A stretch of DNA of 38,294 nucleotides, taken from positions 1-38,294 of IMG/VR virus record IMGVR_UViG_3300044701_003381; one strand, written 5' to 3'. Shown piece by piece: positions 35,909-38,294 of this stretch (position 1 is the stretch's first letter; every line of letters starts with the position of its first letter). The position numbers and the translations under genes were made by a program. The notes beneath the pieces were generated by a model. The model was not told the DNA's origin, searched no databases, and saw only the letters and a list, made by a program, of their open reading frames with translations. Source of the DNA: a virus. Its lineage: Duplodnaviria; Caudoviricetes.

Positions 35909-35932
35909 TAATACTAAGACATATCTTCAATT

Positions 35933-35940
35933 TATTTATT
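35933..35940 (-). promoter_or_regulatory. Late promoter (AATAAATA)
   Basis: NATAAATA box 24 nt upstream of the gp25 ATG, overlapping the upstream stop. Confidence 0.65.
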
Positions 35941-36199
35941 AAGGATTTTGACCATAAAATGGTTCTGTTCCATAACTCCAATCATCATAATCGTCATCAT
36001 TGCGAATTTTTTCATGAATTTCATTCTGAACAGAAAAATCGTGCTTTTTTGGAGTAATTTCGTCGTTATTAATCTCTCTGAGCATCTTTTTTTCTGATTT
36101 TTTTTCTGAAATGCTCCAATAATCAGTAGCTAAACTTGAAGTTCCCCAAACTTCTTTCATATAACTTGAATTTCGGTCTGGATTTGGGTGAATTGCCAT
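35939..36199 (-). CDS. Hypothetical protein (86 aa)
   Basis: Clear AGGAG SD and ATG; co-oriented and fills the gap before gp25; acidic C-terminal DDDYDDWSYG. Confidence 0.8.
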   Translation of the reverse strand: MAIHPNPDRNSSYMKEVWGTSSLATDYWSISEKKSEKKMLREINNDEITPKKHDFSVQNEIHEKIRNDDDYDDWSYGTEPFYGQNP

Positions 36200-36252
36200 C
36201 TGTTTTCTCCTATTTTAGGTTAAACAGAACTTTTTAAGGGGTTTCTATCCCT
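36200..36252 (-). promoter_or_regulatory. Structured leader: two hairpins, the second covering the SD
   Basis: RNA AGGG-AUAGAAAC-CCCU UAAAAAGUU CUGUUU-AA-CCUA-AAA-UAGG-AGA-AAACAG-AUG; the AGGAG SD lies in the 3' arm. Confidence 0.55.
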
Positions 36253-36255
36253 GAA

Positions 36256-36780
36256 TTAAGTCCAGTGATTGTTTGGTCTCTCCCACCAAAAGTGTAAATC
36301 CTCTATTTCATCATCATAATACAGAGAAACTAGGTCACTTTTGAATTTACTATGAATATTTTCACATAATGATAGTGTATAGTAGTGAGATTTTCTGTAA
36401 TTTTCATCACATTTTGTGATTTTTTTCATAGAATTAGTAATCCAAGTATAATTTCCACCTCGGATTACTCCAGCTTCACATAAAACAAAGGTTTTCCACT
36501 TTCGACACCATTCTGCAAAGTTAATTTCAAATAAAATCTTGTATTCTAACGCATCTTCATCAGGAAATGGCACGTTGACTGCCTCAATATGAAAAATCTC
36601 CCGCCCCATTGATAATGAGTGCGAGAGATGTTGAGTGACAATACCTGAATAATCGGGAGAGACACATAAAAAACAAGTATCTGAAGGGTGAATATTCCAG
36701 TCTGACATCTTTATTTTGTATGACATCTCTTGAATGAGTGCCATTTCAGTGTCTTGTGATATAAATTTAAGTTTTTTCAT
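36256..36780 (-). CDS. Degenerate type I phosphoribosyltransferase-like protein (174 aa)
   Basis: FLCVSPDYSGIVTQHLSHSL and FVLCEAGVIRGGNY occupy the positions of the PRTase PPi loop and PRPP loop (canonical VDDxxxSGxT); C-terminal LHFWWE. Fold call by eye. Confidence 0.5.
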   Translation of the reverse strand: MKKLKFISQDTEMALIQEMSYKIKMSDWNIHPSDTCFLCVSPDYSGIVTQHLSHSLSMGREIFHIEAVNVPFPDEDALEYKILFEINFAEWCRKWKTFVLCEAGVIRGGNYTWITNSMKKITKCDENYRKSHYYTLSLCENIHSKFKSDLVSLYYDDEIEDLHFWWERPNNHWT

Positions 36781-36855
36781 ATTTAAATTACACTTTCTGC
36801 CTCATAGAGAGACTTTGGATGACCGGATTCCCCCTAAGAACTAGTTATAAGATTC

Positions 36856-36996
36856 TCAACCTTGTCCTCTATAACGCTTCCGTGCTTTATTCCGAGAAGA
36901 CGCGGCATACTTGGTATGTTTACCTGCCCCTTGCCTCGATTTCTTAGGTTTAGACTCAATGAGTTGAGCACCACTGAAAGAAGGTCTCTTAGCCAT
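36856..36996 (-). CDS. Small highly basic peptide (46 aa); not in the ORF track
   Basis: MAKRPSFSGAQLIESKPKKSRQGAGKHTKYAASSRNKARKRYRGQG*; strong GGAGG SD; the start overlaps the upstream stop (ATGGCTAA). Confidence 0.8.
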   Translation of the reverse strand: MAKRPSFSGAQLIESKPKKSRQGAGKHTKYAASSRNKARKRYRGQG

Positions 36997-37141
36997 TTAC
37001 AATTTCCTCCAATTTAAGTTCATTCGGATCAATTTCACTACCCTCATAAAATTCATATGAGAGTTCTGAAAGGACTTCCGCACATTCTTCGTGTGAAAGC
37101 CCTGTATACATTAGTTCTCCTTTGTAGAGAATATTAAACAT
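36989..37141 (-). CDS. Small acidic hypothetical protein (50 aa); not in the ORF track
   Basis: MFNILYKGELMYTGLSHEECAEVLSELSYEFYEGSEIDPNELKLEEIVNG*; GAGG SD overlapping the glycosyltransferase stop; fills the gap exactly. Confidence 0.78.
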   Translation of the reverse strand: MFNILYKGELMYTGLSHEECAEVLSELSYEFYEGSEIDPNELKLEEIVNG

Positions 37142-37146
37142 TTGCC

Positions 37147-37947
37147 TCAGATAACACGAGTCTTTTCGTGCCCAACGCGAATGCGAGGATCACACCAAAT
37201 CTCATATCCCTGTTCTTTCGCATCAAGACAGAAGGAAACATCCTCTCCACACATATCTTGTACTGCACCAGATTCAAAAACTTGCATCTTCGGAGCAAAC
37301 CAAGGATATTCGAGATTCTCAAAAACACCATTCTGAATCAGAACCCAACCAAATCCAGTATAATCAACTGTAAATGGTTTCCGACGCTTGCTGATACTCT
37401 CCACGGTTTCATGATTCATCACTCCACCATTGTTACGGAAATCATCTTCATCTAACCAATGTGCAACAGAGGTGGTGTGACCATCTTCTGTAGCATACCA
37501 ACCAGAAACGATTCCACGCTTCTTCGACTCATCCACAACTCCCTCTTCATCAATTGCTTCTGCAGGGAATGCAAGATCACAAAGTTGCCAGAATTTCTCA
37601 GTGTTAAAGACAATATCACTATCAATCCAGAGTTGATAATCATATTGTAGTTTACCATCCCAAGGGATTTGCTTGGGTCCACGGAGAACATTCGCACCCA
37701 GACACTTACATCGTGCGAAATTTACCATTGAAGAATAATCTTGCGAAATCTGAATTCCACATCCATTTTGCACAAGATCAAAACATAGTTGAACAAATGC
37801 CTTTAGAAATGTATAAGAACATCCGCGCCCTGGAAGACAGAACACAATGCTCTTACCTCGCATTCTTTGTTTAATTGCATCGATATCCCAATCCTCAGTT
37901 GCCTGAGATGTGGGAGGTTTTGCCTTTACTGTAAATCCTTTTGCCAT
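37147..37947 (-). CDS. GT-A fold (GT2-like) glycosyltransferase (266 aa)
   Basis: IVFCLPG strand, V.FAR helix, DxD motif YQLWIDSDIVF, TGFGWVLI, catalytic GEDVSFC and C-terminal VGH. Confidence 0.8.
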   Translation of the reverse strand: MAKGFTVKAKPPTSQATEDWDIDAIKQRMRGKSIVFCLPGRGCSYTFLKAFVQLCFDLVQNGCGIQISQDYSSMVNFARCKCLGANVLRGPKQIPWDGKLQYDYQLWIDSDIVFNTEKFWQLCDLAFPAEAIDEEGVVDESKKRGIVSGWYATEDGHTTSVAHWLDEDDFRNNGGVMNHETVESISKRRKPFTVDYTGFGWVLIQNGVFENLEYPWFAPKMQVFESGAVQDMCGEDVSFCLDAKEQGYEIWCDPRIRVGHEKTRVI

Positions 37948-37982
37948 AAGAAATAAAAACCTTCAGTTCAATTTTATCGTGT

Positions 37983-37990
37983 TATTTAGT
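37983..37990 (-). promoter_or_regulatory. Late promoter variant (ACTAAATA)
   Basis: Intergenic, 35 nt upstream of the glycosyltransferase ATG. Confidence 0.55.
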
Positions 37991-38005
37991 ATTTGTAAAC
38001 CCCTC

Positions 38006-38200
38006 TCAGTGAGAAGACTCTGAAACAACTTTTTTATTAACAATCAGTTCTTCAAAGTTTAAATCTTCTCTCTGATACTCTGTAGTTGTAATATCTACCA
38101 TTGTTAGTAACGTATTCCAAGTCTTATAAAATTCATCTTCCTTAAGAGAATGATATAAGCACCGCCCCTTTGCGTATATGTGATAAACTTTTTCTACCAT
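38006..38200 (-). CDS. Hypothetical protein (64 aa)
   Basis: Co-oriented ORF with plausible composition (KVYHIYAK..CLYHSL.E.EF...W); fits the gene packing. Confidence 0.75.
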   Translation of the reverse strand: MVEKVYHIYAKGRCLYHSLKEDEFYKTWNTLLTMVDITTTEYQREDLNFEELIVNKKVVSESSH

Positions 38201-38209
38201 ATTGAAATT

Positions 38210-38293
38210 CTATTGTTTCAATGCATTATATATCATCACAACGAATACTCCAAATAAAGTCATCAGCGGAAATCGAAATACATTGAAGAATTT
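38210..38293 (-). CDS. 3' end of a small membrane protein (partial; starts beyond the window)
   Basis: Open frame ...KFFNVFRFPLMTLFGVFVVMIYNALKQ* with a hydrophobic stretch of about 16-19 aa; the stop is 9 nt before the next ATG. Confidence 0.5.
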   Translation of the reverse strand, partial: KFFNVFRFPLMTLFGVFVVMIYNALKQ

Positions 38294-38294
38294 T

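Noticed and set aside
36230-36236. T-AAA-AAG slippery-like heptamer ahead of a hairpin (possible -1 frameshift)
   Set aside because: It is untranslated, since the upstream ORF stops at 36256; the heptamer is imperfect and only 2 nt from the stem.
37134-37697. Short ORFs overlapping the glycosyltransferase (37134..37331, 37142..37336, 37168..37455, 37452..37697, 37459..37650)
   Set aside because: They lie almost entirely within a well-supported gene in a locally more GC-rich stretch and carry no recognisable motifs.
38226-38231. TATAAT sigma70-type -10 box upstream of the 64-aa gene
   Set aside because: There is no convincing -35 or extended -10, it lies inside the partial membrane-protein ORF, and the hexamer is common by chance in AT-rich DNA.

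Overview
This AT-rich window is the virion-structure module of a large T4-like myovirus, most similar to the cyanomyoviruses that infect Synechococcus/Prochlorococcus. The assignment rests on gene order and recognisable protein motifs; no database search was run. All credible genes are on the minus strand. In transcription order (right to left) there are several small genes, including a GT-A glycosyltransferase, a 46-aa basic peptide and a degenerate PRTase-like protein. Next come baseplate gp25, gp6, a giant 4509-aa gp7, gp8 and a 2787-aa VrlC-like protein, then two small ORFs, neck gp13 and gp14, gp15 and the small terminase gp16. Where gp17 would follow, there is a cassette of tail-fibre-like genes ending in a collagen-repeat gene cut by the window edge. 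T4-type late promoter boxes (TATAAATA, AATAAATA, ACTAAATA) precede many genes. The ORF track misses five real ORFs: 1..569, 9744..9920, 36856..36996, 36989..37141 and 38210..38293. The most notable observations are a 58-aa NblA-like (phycobilisome degradation adaptor) ORF translationally coupled to gp13, a possible daisy-chained fibre system (C-terminal DAGxF peptides alternating with Mtd/HylP-like N-terminal domains), structured RNA leaders that hide a ribosome-binding site or fuse a terminator with a late promoter, and small modules shared among unrelated structural proteins. I saw no tRNA, rRNA, CRISPR array, intein, intron or mobile element.
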